DNA from: Vicugna vicugna | Taxonomy: Eukaryota | Length of the DNA: 64,000 nt | Reading direction: 5' to 3' | Assembly (NCBI GenBank): GCA_013265495.1 | Contig: MU063315.1 | Location: forward strand, 434,001 to 498,000 | Shown: in pieces, positions 49,933-62,000 of the stretch | Layout: every line of letters begins with the position of its first letter | How positions within the stretch are numbered: position 1 is the first letter of the stretch | Notes under the pieces: generated by a model | Seen by the model: only the letters and a program-made list of their open reading frames with translations | Told to the model about the DNA's origin: nothing | Databases searched by the model: none | Translations under genes and position numbers: made by a program

Positions 49933-52900
49933 GTATAGTTGCCATGCTATATATTACATCCCCATGACTTATTTATTTTATAACTGGTAGTTTGTACCTT
50001 TTCACTCCCTCCATCCATTTTGAGACCAATCTGTTCTTTGTATCTATGAGTTGTTGTTGTTTTTAGATTCCACATTTAAGTCAGGTCATACGGTATTTGT
50101 CTTTCTCTGTCTGACTTCACTTAGCATCATGCCCTCAAGGTTCATCCATATTGTTGCAAATGGCAAGATTTCATTTTTTATGGCTGAATAATATTCCATT
50201 ATATGCATACCACATTTTCTTTTGTCTTTTATATTTTTGACCTATACTTTTACATAGTCTCTCATTTGCATTTCATCCTAAGACTTCAATTACCATTTGT
50301 ATTAACTACTTCTAACTCTCTACCTCCAGCCTTGTTATTCTTCCCAAGCTCTGGATCACAGTATTCAACACCTATGAGACAGCTCAACCCATGAGTACCT
50401 CCAAAACAACTTGTCCTAAACTGCAATACTTATCATTACCCCCTACAGAAAATCCTTGCCTTTTCTGCTGTAGATGGATTCAGCCATTATTCCTCTAATT
50501 GTTTAAAGCAGTGCATTAAGGGAGAGGCAGTGTCACTTTTCCTTACCAGGGACCTTCTCCTTACAGAAACAAAGTCATGGTGATCCCATGTCTTGGGAAA
50601 AGGAATAGGTTTCCCTATTCCCTATTTCCCAGTAATGGGTTTATTTAGGAACTCATCCCCTCTCACTTGGAATAGGTGCTGCCGGTCTTCCTTTGTTATT
50701 ATCAGTGAAATTTCTAAAACATAGATTTAATAATACTACGTCTTTGTGAAACGTTTTCTTTGGCTCTCTTTGCCTGTCCAAGCTCCTTACCAATCACATA
50801 AGATCTTCTGCGATACTGTCATTGCTCAACATTATCTATCCTCATTCTCCTCTCCTTTTTGTATGCATTGATTATGTTCCTGGAAGACATCATGGTTTCT
50901 TCCTAATCCTCTCTACTATCAGTATTAATAATCATCCATGATTACTTAGTCACATTCTTTTCTCCTTCATTTTATTAACTTCTACCTGTTTTTCTAACCT
51001 CATTTCAGAGCCTTCTCATCTAAGCCTTTTTGTGATTCAACTAGTCTGGAAGAGAGATGCGTTTTTTGACCTTCAACACCCAGTGTTTAATTCGAATTTA
51101 GCATGCATTGCATTGCATTTCAATTGTTTATATGCTTCTTTTCTTCAAGAAATGGTGAACTTCTTAAGGATAGTGTTTTAGTCCCAGAGCTCCAGAACTT
51201 AACTCATTACTTGTCAGTAAAACAGGGACTCCATAGAATCGTGTAAAAGGAAGGAGGTGGCAATTGTGAAAGAAGGACTTTGTTGTGAGAAGAAAAAGAG
51301 AGACATGCTAGCAATTTAAATGGATAAGGATTTTGCAAGATATGCTGAAGTTTCAGGCCTGTGGGGGATTTGAGAAGAGAAGTAACATTTTCTGTCTTCA
51401 AGAAAATTAAAGTCTTCTTGGTTGATAAACTCTCAGTACACAAAATAATTTAGAACAACCTAAGGCTATCTGTAAGCAAGTGACAAGTGCTATGATACAC
51501 ACTAGAAGAGAAGTGTAGCAATAGGGGAGAATTATAGGAATAAGGATGGGCAGAGCAGACTTTAAAGAAAAGAAAGGACTTGAACTGAGTTTTGATGTGT
51601 CCATAGGTTTTGTATAGGCTGGGAAAAATGGGATTTTTTCAGTAAAAGGGACCTCAGGCACAAGGATGAAGATTTTTATGGCATGTATGAGTGGTGGTAA
51701 GAATTCCATCATAACTATTGCATTTATGAAGATACAAATTCTCTCCCAAGATTCTGTCCCACAACTGTAACAGTTTTACTGATGTCACAATCTAGGTGTC
51801 CCATCCCCATCTGAAACTCTGCACTTAAAATCAAACTCATCTTTCTTCCTAGTCAACTGCCCTGTATAGACTTCTCTCAAGTCACCCAGACTTCAGAGCT
51901 TGGATTCATTCTCTCACGTCTCTCACAGATACTTGGCACTTGATAGGCGTTCTGTAGATGTTTGTTGAATCAACAAAAGGAAAGATTTGGGGGTCCAGTG
52001 TGACCATGTGAAGGTTAAACAGAGGGATGGATGGATTGAGTATGGAAATGGAGAAAGAATAGCTGGTCATAAGTGAGGGTCTGGACATACTCACGTGTAA
52101 GAGAATCAAACAGTGTTTGGAAAGTTAGAAACAACAGGTTCTGGGAACTGCAGTGCTGGTTTCATGAACCCTTGGATAAGAGCCTTGAGGTTAATTATAA
52201 CAAAGAACTTGGCAACTGAGATCATTAGGGAAGTCAAAGTATTTTATCCTTTAGGGAATTTACCAGCATTCCATAAAAGTTAATTTAATGTCTTGAATTT
52301 TATTCTAACACTCTCATAAAACTCCGTCTATCTAATTCAGTGTTTTATTCTCCTAATTGATTGGTTTTATAACCATGATTGACTGGAGTTCCACTCTCAT
52401 CCCTTCCAGAAGACCTGAATGAACTGTAAGTCTCCAAAGGACATTATTAATTCAGTCTTCAGTGACTATATGTAAACGTAACAAATGTTTATCGGGCACA
52501 TACTGTGTATCCATACTATCATTTGAGTTAAAATGACCAAGAAGACATTCTTTACCCACCCTCACCCCCACCCGACCCACATTTAAGTTCTTGGGGGGCA
52601 GGTATTGTATCTTTGTTATATTTATATTTCAGTACTTAGCAGACAGTAAACAGTGAACAAATACTTCCTGAATTAATGGATGATAAGTTGAACATTATAA
52701 GTGCTCTGGTTTATATATGCATAGGATGTCTTAGGAGGTGTAAAAGTAATGATCTTTTATTACTTAGATATGATTTACTTTATTACTTGTTACCTAGAAC
52801 AGTGTATTTCAGAGAGGAGTTTTCGATTTAGTTGATAAATTTTAGAATGAGGAAGTGAATGAGACACAGTGAAACCCTCACTCAGGTACTCCATCACTAT

Positions 52901-53360
52901 CAAGCTGCTAGATAACGAAAGTGATTATTTTTAAAGTGGAAATTATAGACTCGATAAACTAATGGATACTTAAAACTTGAAGTTAAACCATTCATTTAAT
53001 CAACACCTATTATTTAGAACATATTGTGTGCCAGGCAATGCACTTAATGTTTGTGGTAAATGATGACCAAGACATGGCCATCATTGTTGAAAGAACTATT
53101 AGATTATTCATCTGAAATTATAGAAAAGAAATGTATCTTTCAGCAATAGAAATAATCTTGTCTGATTACCTAATTGCTCTAAAACACACTTGAAATCTGT
53201 GGAAATGCATTTAGAGTAACAACATGCTAACAAGTTGTTATATATAAATTAACAACTCTTAAAATTCTTTCATTGGTGGACAACTTGTAACTTCACATTT
53301 TTATTTATGTTAATGTCCAGTGAAGTTTATTTCACTATATGCATTTATATGAACAGAAGA

Positions 53361-53397
53361 TGTGTGTGCATATACGTGTGTGTGTGTGTGTGTGTAT
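53361..53397. repeat. (TG)n microsatellite within a 37-nt alternating purine-pyrimidine tract
   Basis: tgtgtgtgcatatacgtgtgtgtgtgtgtgtgtgtat. Confidence 0.9.
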
Positions 53398-53439
53398 TTT
53401 TAATTATACATTTGCAGCATTATCCAGAAGTCCTGACTT

Positions 53440-53930
53440 ATAATATAGTGGGTAGTATTTTCCTGTCAGTGTTTACCCTTGTCCTCCCCAATCAACAAAC
53501 GTTTTAACTCCAAAGCTTGTGCTGATTGGGCTCAGTCAATCAGGGTAATCTCTCTTGTTGCCACAGTTACTGGTTTAGGTAACCTTAGCCAATATAATCA
53601 GAATTTGTATTTTTCCTGACGTAGTCAGAACCTTTGCTGGGAATCGCAAGATGTACATGTTCTCTTTGCCCCTATGGACAATGTCCCATGAGATTTTAAA
53701 GCTGCTATTTGCTCTTCTTCCACCATGAGATAGAAACCAGCCTGACAGTGGAGCTAAAACATGGAGAGTCACTGGGAAATGGAGTCGGAGTCCTGGTCAC
53801 ATGATACCTAAACTCTGACCACTTTGGACTTTTTAATTACACAAAATAATAAATTCTCTTTAATGCTGAAGCCAGTCTATGTTCGGTTATTTGCTATTTG
53901 TATCAAAAACAAACGCGTTAAATGTTACAA
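53440..53930 (+). mobile_element. MLT1J/K-like MaLR LTR
   Basis: gccacagttactggtttagg...ccaccatgagatagaaaccagcc...ggactttttaattacacaaaataataaattctctttaatgctgaagccagt. Confidence 0.6.
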
Positions 53931-54409
53931 GTAGGCATTAAACTGAGATGTGGCTCTTAATTCACTGATCATAAGACTGTGTCTTTGCTTGATTTGTTAC
54001 ATTAAACATTTAATTGCAAGAAAGAGACTTTCATTTTATTGAATACTAAAAATTGTCAAGTTTTTAGAATAATGTTGCATGTTATCACAATACCATGGAA
54101 TGGTATTACCATTTTCAGATAATCAATTACTGACATGTTTCAAAATATTGGAATTAATATATAGTATTGAAAATGAATTTGTGATCCTTAACTAATTAAA
54201 AATCACAACATACAGAATAATGTGGACTTAAGACTGCAAACATGACAGAGTTTTAATTGGTCTAGCCCATCCTGAACCGCTCCTCACTGGTCCATTATCT
54301 GAACCACACCCTCCAAATTGTTATTTCTTTAGTCTGACCATCAGCACTCGTTTTCAACTTTTAACATACTGCAGTAGTTGGCTAATTCTTTCCATTCTAT
54401 AGTTTTCTC

Positions 54410-55440
54410 ATGTGTTCGTTCATTCATTCATTCATTCATTCATTCAACATATTTATTTAGCAGCTCCTATATGCCAGGCAATGAACTTAGGTGCAAAACA
54501 CTCAATATAAAAAAAAAAAATATATATATATATTTGATGCCATAATAGTGAATAAAAATATTAACACTGAGATCACATAATAATTGTAATTACAAATTGA
54601 TTACAACAAGGGAAAGAAGTACAATGAAGAAATATGAGAAGCTGACTCGACCTCATCTGGGGACCAGGAAGACTTCCAAGAAGTGAACATTTAATCTGAG
54701 CTCAAAAGATGAGTGATAATTAACCAAGTAAAGAAATATGCCAGTAATAATTAACCAGTTAAATCAGTATCCTGGGACGAAGTGTCCTATTTGAAGCCAT
54801 ATTTGAAGTCCCTGAGGTTTGAACGAGCATGACTCATTTACAGAAATAAAAGAGGGCCAGGGCAGAGCATGAGAGGGAGAACGGCACATCATAGGAAACT
54901 TAGGCCACTTTCAAGATTTCAGTCTTCGTCTTAAGGACAATGAAAAGTCACTGAAGAGTTTCAAGTAAGCAATGACATGATCAGGTTTGCAGTTTAGAAG
55001 CCCCACTCCATATCCAGGTTAAAATATGAAAAATTAGTGATGAAAGGCAAAAGTAGAAGACACAGTTGTAAACGAAGATGCATCTGCACTGATTCAGGAG
55101 AGAGATCACGGTAGCTTGGATGATGGTAGCGCAGATGGGAATAGTGAAGAAATATGAGAGATAATAAAGAATGGAACTGTGGGATTTTCAGACCCACTGG
55201 CTATATGAAGAGGAACAGAGGATTCTATGACTTCCACATCTCCTGCTTAAACAACTGGAGGGCTATTCCTAGCATTCATTGAGGGAAGGCACAGAGAATA
55301 ATCAGGTTTTGGGCAAAGATTATAAATGCTATTTTAAATATAGTGACTTGCTAATATAAAAGTAGAGATATTAGATATTCCGGCTTGGGACTCCAGAGAC
55401 TTTGCATTGGAGACATGAATCTGAGAGTGAGGAGTCAGTA
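54410..55440 (-). mobile_element. L2 relic with (TTCA)n tail
   Basis: (ttca)n acatatttatttagcagctcctatatgccaggca...aagcaatgacatgatcaggtttgcagtttagaag. Confidence 0.65.
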
Positions 55441-56672
55441 CTTTTAGGGTATATAAGAAATCAAATGCAAACTATCTGTGTAAACGTATGTTATGTATGT
55501 GTACATTCCAACTATTCTAACTTTCTGTCTCTCTGTCTCTCTATCATCTGAATTCTATTGTCTTATGTTACTGGAAAGTCCACTCATGGAGTTGGCATCA
55601 CATTATCATAATAACCTGGGGCTCAAATTATTTTATTAACTCTTTTAATTTACAAGCTGGGAGGGAAGTTGGATTAAATTGGTTTGCAAACTTTGTAAAA
55701 GGTAAGTTGAACAATAAGTGACATTATTCTAAGGAATATTTCTGTTGATGTCATTTAGCTTCACCACACTTGATTTGTATTAATTAAATTCAGTAAAACA
55801 CGAGCTTGGTCACATACTGGACAAATCCATTTTAAGTAAGACACTTTTCTGCTTTTGAGGTCTTTAAATTGGAACTCACTCTCACAACCCTATGTATCAT
55901 GGCTCCTCCCTTACTCTTCACTTTTTTCATCCATTTAATAAAAATTAAAACCCCAAAAAGACCTGAGAATTGCTACAGTTTTAATAATTAAGCCATTCAT
56001 TTATTTGCACAAACCTCATCTATTACCTTTCTCCTGGCTTCTGGAGACACTGTGCTGACATTCTGTGAGTAGTCACTTTGGTGACACACTCAGCATTAAA
56101 CAAAAATTTCATACCTTTTTGATCTTTCATCATGTTTATGCTCCACTTCCATCATATAACCATCACTGTTTTCCTTCCTGAGCCTCCCTGATGGTCTGAA
56201 AAGCCCTCAGAAAGAAGTATGTAAGGAAGATGGTGAAGTAGGAATGATGGTATGGGTCGCACTCTGTCTGGAGTACCTCATGATATAAATTTCCCTCTTG
56301 ACTCTTAGGAGGTCCTTGAAGAGCCTACTTCTATAGACTTAAGATTTTTTTCTTTTTCTAATCCAATCTAAGCTGGACTGAGAGACCCTTTAGAAGAAGA
56401 GGCCTCCACCACTTAACAAAAGGAAGAGAGTATGTTGGAACAAATTTGGGATAAGAAATTCATCATGGTGTCAAATACTATGTGAAACAAAGTAGCTGAG
56501 AATTAAGAGGGCATCACAACAAGGCTTTTGCAAGACTCTGTGGCTTCTGTAAGGTATCCTCAAACTAATTCTAAGTCTCATATTCAATGTCCTTCATTGT
56601 CTCTACATCTCGGACCCTCTTCTTCAAGACACTTGAGTGGATTTGCTCTCAGGATCCTTGTCAGCATTTCAA

Positions 56673-56673
<1 letters not shown>

Positions 56674-56706
<33 letters not shown>

Positions 56707-56709
56707 GTG
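56674..56709. repeat. (TG)14 CG (TG)3 microsatellite
   Basis: Seen directly. Confidence 0.95.
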
Positions 56710-57987
56710 GATTCCCTCCGTTCCTGGATCTTCAAATTTGCAGAGGTCTCAACATCTTAAAAAATATAACAGTCTAATTTGCTCCTATCCCCACCTGAGT
56801 TGTGTCATATTTATTCCTTTATGTTTACTTTCGAATGTATACTAGCACACTTCACACTTCTTCTTCACCAATTCCTTACCTTTTCAAAGTCATCTTCCTT
56901 TCTATTCCTCCTCCAGAAATTGCTTTGTCAAAGTAAATAAATGTTGTCTTTTTCTCTTTGCAATTTTTGTCCTTTTTCCCTTCGATTTCTCTGGAGCCCT
57001 TTCTTGAAACTCCTTCCTCTCTTTGGTTTCAGGAGCTAGTGTTTCCTTGGCTTAGAACTGCTTTTCTGACTCTTCTTTTTCCTTTTCATTTCTAGGTTAT
57101 ACTTCCTCTGTTGTCCACAAACTCTAGAAGTTGAGTACCTCCCTTTTGGTTATTCATATCACATGTTCTTTTTCCTGAGAAATCTTACCATTCTTATGAT
57201 AATTGCTTGTCCTACTCATTGAACGATCCAGGTTGTAGCCACCAAGTGTACTACCGCATAGCTATCTATGAAAAATCTAGTGTTCACATGGAACACCAAG
57301 ATTACTAATATTGTTAGTACAGTTTAAAATGTGTGGTTACTGTCTGATTTAAATCTAATAAACTGACTTTCAGTAAACTAGGAGTGAGGGCCTGGAATAG
57401 TTAACTTAATTCCCTGTGGACTAGTACACGTATGCGGGGCTACTGGAAAGTTGGCTGCAATAAAGAGGCAGAGCCTGGAAGATGGAAGCAGCATCATGCA
57501 ACTTTCTTGTGAAAATAATCTAAAAATTTAGCCACAATCTAGCCTTGGAGAATAATTATATAAATGAAAATACTGAGCTTACAATTCAAATCAGTAAAAA
57601 GTAAACATTGATTATAACTAGATATGGTGTTAGACATAATCATGTGTTTCAATAAATTGTAAGACTGTAGGCTACCTATCTATTTAGCTTCTATAGAATG
57701 GCTATCAGTTATTCAACAACTAAAAAAAATGTTTGTGTGCCATTTCTTTTTTGTCTTTAGATCCTACTTATCCTTCAAGGACACATTCTGCTATCAATTA
57801 CTTCCTGACACTGCCCAATCCTCCCTTGTCTCCCAATAATGAGTCAACTGTTCGTGCACTTGCTTGGGATGCTCTGTTTGTGTGCCTGTTAATGCGGTTA
57901 TTTCTAGCTGCAGTTGGACAGGGTGTAGTCACGTGTTTACGTGTGTGTACTGCCACTCATGTGTGATCTCTGTGAACTAAAGGGGCC

Positions 57988-58105
57988 TTCCTCCCTCCCT
58001 CCGTCCCTCCGTCTCTTCCTTTCCTCCTTCTATCTTCCTTTGTGCCTTCCCTCCTTCTTTCCTTCTCCCCTCCCCTTCTCCCTCCCTTCATTCTTCTTGT
58101 TTTTC
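57988..58105. repeat. CT-rich polypyrimidine low-complexity tract
   Basis: ccttcctccctccctccgtccctcc...cctcccttcattcttc. Confidence 0.8.
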
Positions 58106-58969
58106 CTTGGTATTTTCCACACGTCTGACTCCTTATAGTTGCTCAACAGTCTACTGGTGTTTAAACTGAATAACTTTATTAATCAAGCGACATAATCAGG
58201 CAACCCTTTTGGATCAAGCATTTTCAACAATGTCAATTTCATTGCTACCTTAAATCGTTAGTTTCTCCATTCTAAAACAAAAGCAAAACACTTCCCTCCC
58301 AACTCACGTAAACGTTTGTTATTCATAAAGTTTTAATCCTATTTTCAAGGTTCTTTCCTCCTTATGATTTCTGACAATGAGTCATAGCAACAGTGCCACC
58401 ACAGGTGGGTCTCAGGGGGCCACTGTCGCCACAAGGCAATGCATTAATTTCACACTGTGGTTTATTAATGGTATTGTCAATACCCCCATGAGGTAGGGGT
58501 GTTCATGAATCCCTGATGTTTCCTAATTACTTGGCTTGCACTTTACTGCGTTACCAAGAAGTCCTTCCCACGAAGTTGCCAACAGGAAAAACAATGCTTA
58601 ATGGCACTCTGTGTAAACTATGCACACAATAATCTTCTCTTACCTTAACATTTTATATCACACTTGTTAATTTGATTGATTGATTGATTTTTCTTCTGCT
58701 AGACTAAAACACGTTAATGATTTCCTAGTTATAATATGATAAGCTATGCATAAAATTATCAGAATGGAGTCTGCCAGCTGGCACTGTCCTCAAACTCAAT
58801 AATGCCCACTGAAAATACCTCAGTAAGTTTTATTATTTGGAAATTAGTTTTCTGTATAAATTAATTTATAGTTGATAGTTTAAAAAAAGTTTACGTGCTT
58901 TCGTGCAAGATTCAATTACTATGTGGGATAAATGAAAATTGATTACATGGCACATGATCATTCAGAAGC

Positions 58970-60010
58970 TAAAAATATTTAATGAATCCTGCCATATGCC
59001 AAGCACTGACCTAGGCACTGGCAAATTAGGGGAGACAAGAGATAAGAAGGGTGGCACCCCTATCGAGGGCCTTTCGGAGGGATTGGCAGAAAAAAACAAA
59101 TACATACACACATACGTAGGAACTCTGGATAGAGATGTTTTCTGTAATAAAGGAGAGTAAAAATGGAGGGAACTGTGGCACCTCCACTAGAGTGACCAGG
59201 AAAGAGCATCCTCAGTTGATGACATGTGAACTCAGACCCAAATAATGAGAAGGAAACAGTCACATGGAAACCTGGGAAAAGAATATTCTGGGCAGAGAAA
59301 ATGCAAGGGTTCTGGTGCAGAAATAAGCAGTAGTATGTTCTAAGAAGAGAAGGAAGAACAATGTAGCTGAAGCATCATGAACAAAAGAAAGGGGGGAAGT
59401 TAGAGATTCCTTTGATGATGCAGAGGGATCGAATCACGTTGAATTTGTAGACCATTTTTTTCTAAATGTGATGTGAAACCTTTTGGACGTTTTAAGCAGA
59501 GGAGTTACTGATCTATGTTTAAAGATGATTCCAGCTACTCTGAGGACAATGTACTGTAAGGAAACAAGAGTAGAATTAGAGAGTTTGTTTGGGAACCAAA
59601 TCTAGAAGTCCAGGTGAGGGATAACGACGGCTTGGAATTGGGAGGTACAAATGTGGGTGATGCCAATTATGGCACTGGATATATATTTTGAAGCTTAAAC
59701 ACAGTACAAGTTGCTGTTGGATTGGATATGACAGGTTATAAATAGAGAGGAGTAAAGGGCAAGCCCAAAGTTTTTGGCTTGAAGAATGCATGGTAGAAAC
59801 AGAATTAAAGTGGGGATGTCTGAGGGCAGAGTAAGGTTGGTTTAGAGGCACAATTCAAGATATCTATATTAATATGTAACTAGAAAATGCCTATTAGACA
59901 TTCAAGTTGAGATGTTGAGAAAGCAGTTGAATAGATGAGTCTGCAGCTCAAAGGGAGACAATGAATTTCTGAATCAGCAGCAACAGAGATGGCCTTCAAA
60001 GCCACCAGAA
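58970..60010 (-). mobile_element. L2 relic
   Basis: aatatttaatgaatcctgccatatgccaagcactg...aagcagaggagttactgatct...gcagttgaatagatgagtctgcagctcaaaggga. Confidence 0.6.
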
Positions 60011-61140
60011 AAATTAGACTATGAAGCAAAGAGCATAGGACGACTGCACACTGCTCTTCACAAAGCCCCCCTCCTCCCGCCCCTCCTCCTCCCCAGCCCT
60101 GACACACTCCCGCATCCTCTGCCCTGATTGCTCAGCTGGAAGTGGTCCTTCTCCAAACTGCCTTCAAATTGTCCCTCTTGTGTCTCATAGTACTCTAATG
60201 GCACTGATTAGATTTTGCCTTCGATTGCAGTTATGTTTTATCTTTCTCTCCTTTACTAGACCTTCAGGCAAGGGTCCCACCTGGAAGTTTCTGGACTTTC
60301 CATTCCAGTTTGCCTGGAAATGTCATTTCCCTCCCAAGCCCTGCTCTCCCCCCAGCATTTTGTCTAGCCTACACTTATTCACTGGATGGGGCCGTTCCTC
60401 CCCCAAACCTTCCCTAGCCTCCCAATCTAAAAGATCCTGGTACCACTCCAGATTTTGGTTCTCCCAGGGAAGGAAAGCCAAGTCACGCGTTCATCATTAA
60501 AAAATGTGCATCTCACACCTGTCTACACATGATGCTGGGCAATGAATTATACACACTTTGCATACACATGGACTTCTATATAGTTTCGCTGGGGTAAATG
60601 GAAATTTTTAATTCAATATGTATATCGATATGGTGCTTTATATTTAGGAAAGTCCTTTCACCAACATTATTTGTTTAGTTAACTCATGAGAGTTCTCATG
60701 CTAAGTAACTCTTAGTCTTACTGCACCACGTATGAGAAAAGTAGACTCCCCCAAAAATGTTATCGAAGTTACAAGATAGTGACAGTAGTGAGTCAAATCC
60801 AGACCTCTGCCTACTGCTGCCATCTTCCTTCAGCTAATTCAGAAGTCCCAAATATTCCATTTGAGACTTGAGCTAATTTTTAATCTTTCCCATCCCTTTC
60901 CTACATGTATTTATACACACATTGACAAGCATATGCATATGCATATACATACTCGTTTACATTAAGCAGTCAAATAGGCTGGACCATCTGGAAAATCTTG
61001 GATGAGAAGTGCAAAGGGCAGTATGACAGGTGTGATTACAGCCCTGTAAAGTGAAGCTCTGCAATGATCTACCTTCGGTCCTGGACTTAAGTATGAAAGA
61101 CTTAAACTCTGAGAAGCAGATAGCTGGGTATTTAAATAAA

Positions 61141-61157
61141 TGCCCTAGGGGGCGCTA
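61141..61157 (+). promoter_or_regulatory. Candidate CTCF site
   Basis: TGCCCTAGGGGGCGCTA matches 12/14 of the CCASYAGRKGGCRS core and has the TA extension. Confidence 0.5.
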
Positions 61158-61679
61158 GATGATGGGTAAAGTAAAGTTTCCATGTTAACGGCTCACTCTT
61201 ATATAATCACAAGTTTCTTGAGTTACATTTAATTTTAAATTATTTTATTCCCTGGCGCTATAATTAAGGTGCAAGTGGACAATGAACAAGTCATTTTCTG
61301 ATGCTCAGGCTATAGGAGGCTTAGGAAAGAACTCAGAATTATATTCTCCAAATTTCCGTACAAAACTCTATAGCATTCATAAAATATTGACTGAGAATTG
61401 GATGTCTTATATTTTAATAAAGTCTATTTGATTTCATCATTAAATATTGTCTAGTGTAAATAAATTTTTAAGGCACATAGAAATATCCAGCTAGAAAACT
61501 TTTCACTTATCCTGAGACTATTTTTTTTGCTCTATAGATAAATTCCAGAGGAAAAAAAATTACCTAAATATTTTATTCACTAGTCCCAAAGACATCAAAG
61601 AGGGACACGATCTCTATAATTTATCTGCTCACCAAGTAAGGGAATTATATTAATTATAATAAATATTCATAGGTGCGTA

Positions 61680-62000
61680 GTAGAAGCAGACCTGACTGAA
61701 TCAGACTGAGCTGAGTTTGAGTCCAGCCGCCCCCTCACCTTATTAGATTAGATCTTGAGCGACTAGTTAACTTCCGTGAAACTCACTTTCGTCATCTGCT
61801 CAGTGTGAGACAAAAGCACCACCTGTACATGGTCATTGTTGTACTTAATGTTGAAACACAAAAAGCACCGTTCAAAGCAGACACTACATGAAAAGGCCAT
61901 TGTGTAGATGAGATAAAAATTCATAATGTAATGCTCACAGCATCTAGTTCTGTACCTGGCCCCGAAGAGGCACTTGATAAATATTTGTTAAATGAATGAG
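61680..62000 (+). mobile_element. MIR with a small internal duplication
   Basis: gagtttgagtccagcc...gagcgactagttaacttccgtgaaactcactttcgtcatctg...gcacttgataaatatttgttaaatgaatga. Confidence 0.6.

Larger units (their letters stand above)
49140..50225 (-). mobile_element. L1MA9-like 3' end split by a nested L1
   Basis: ttttaaaaattgagttataattgaca...acagtattatt | aagtatagttgccatgctatatattacatcc...ggctgaataatattccatt is collinear with the recalled L1MA9 3' end. Confidence 0.75.
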
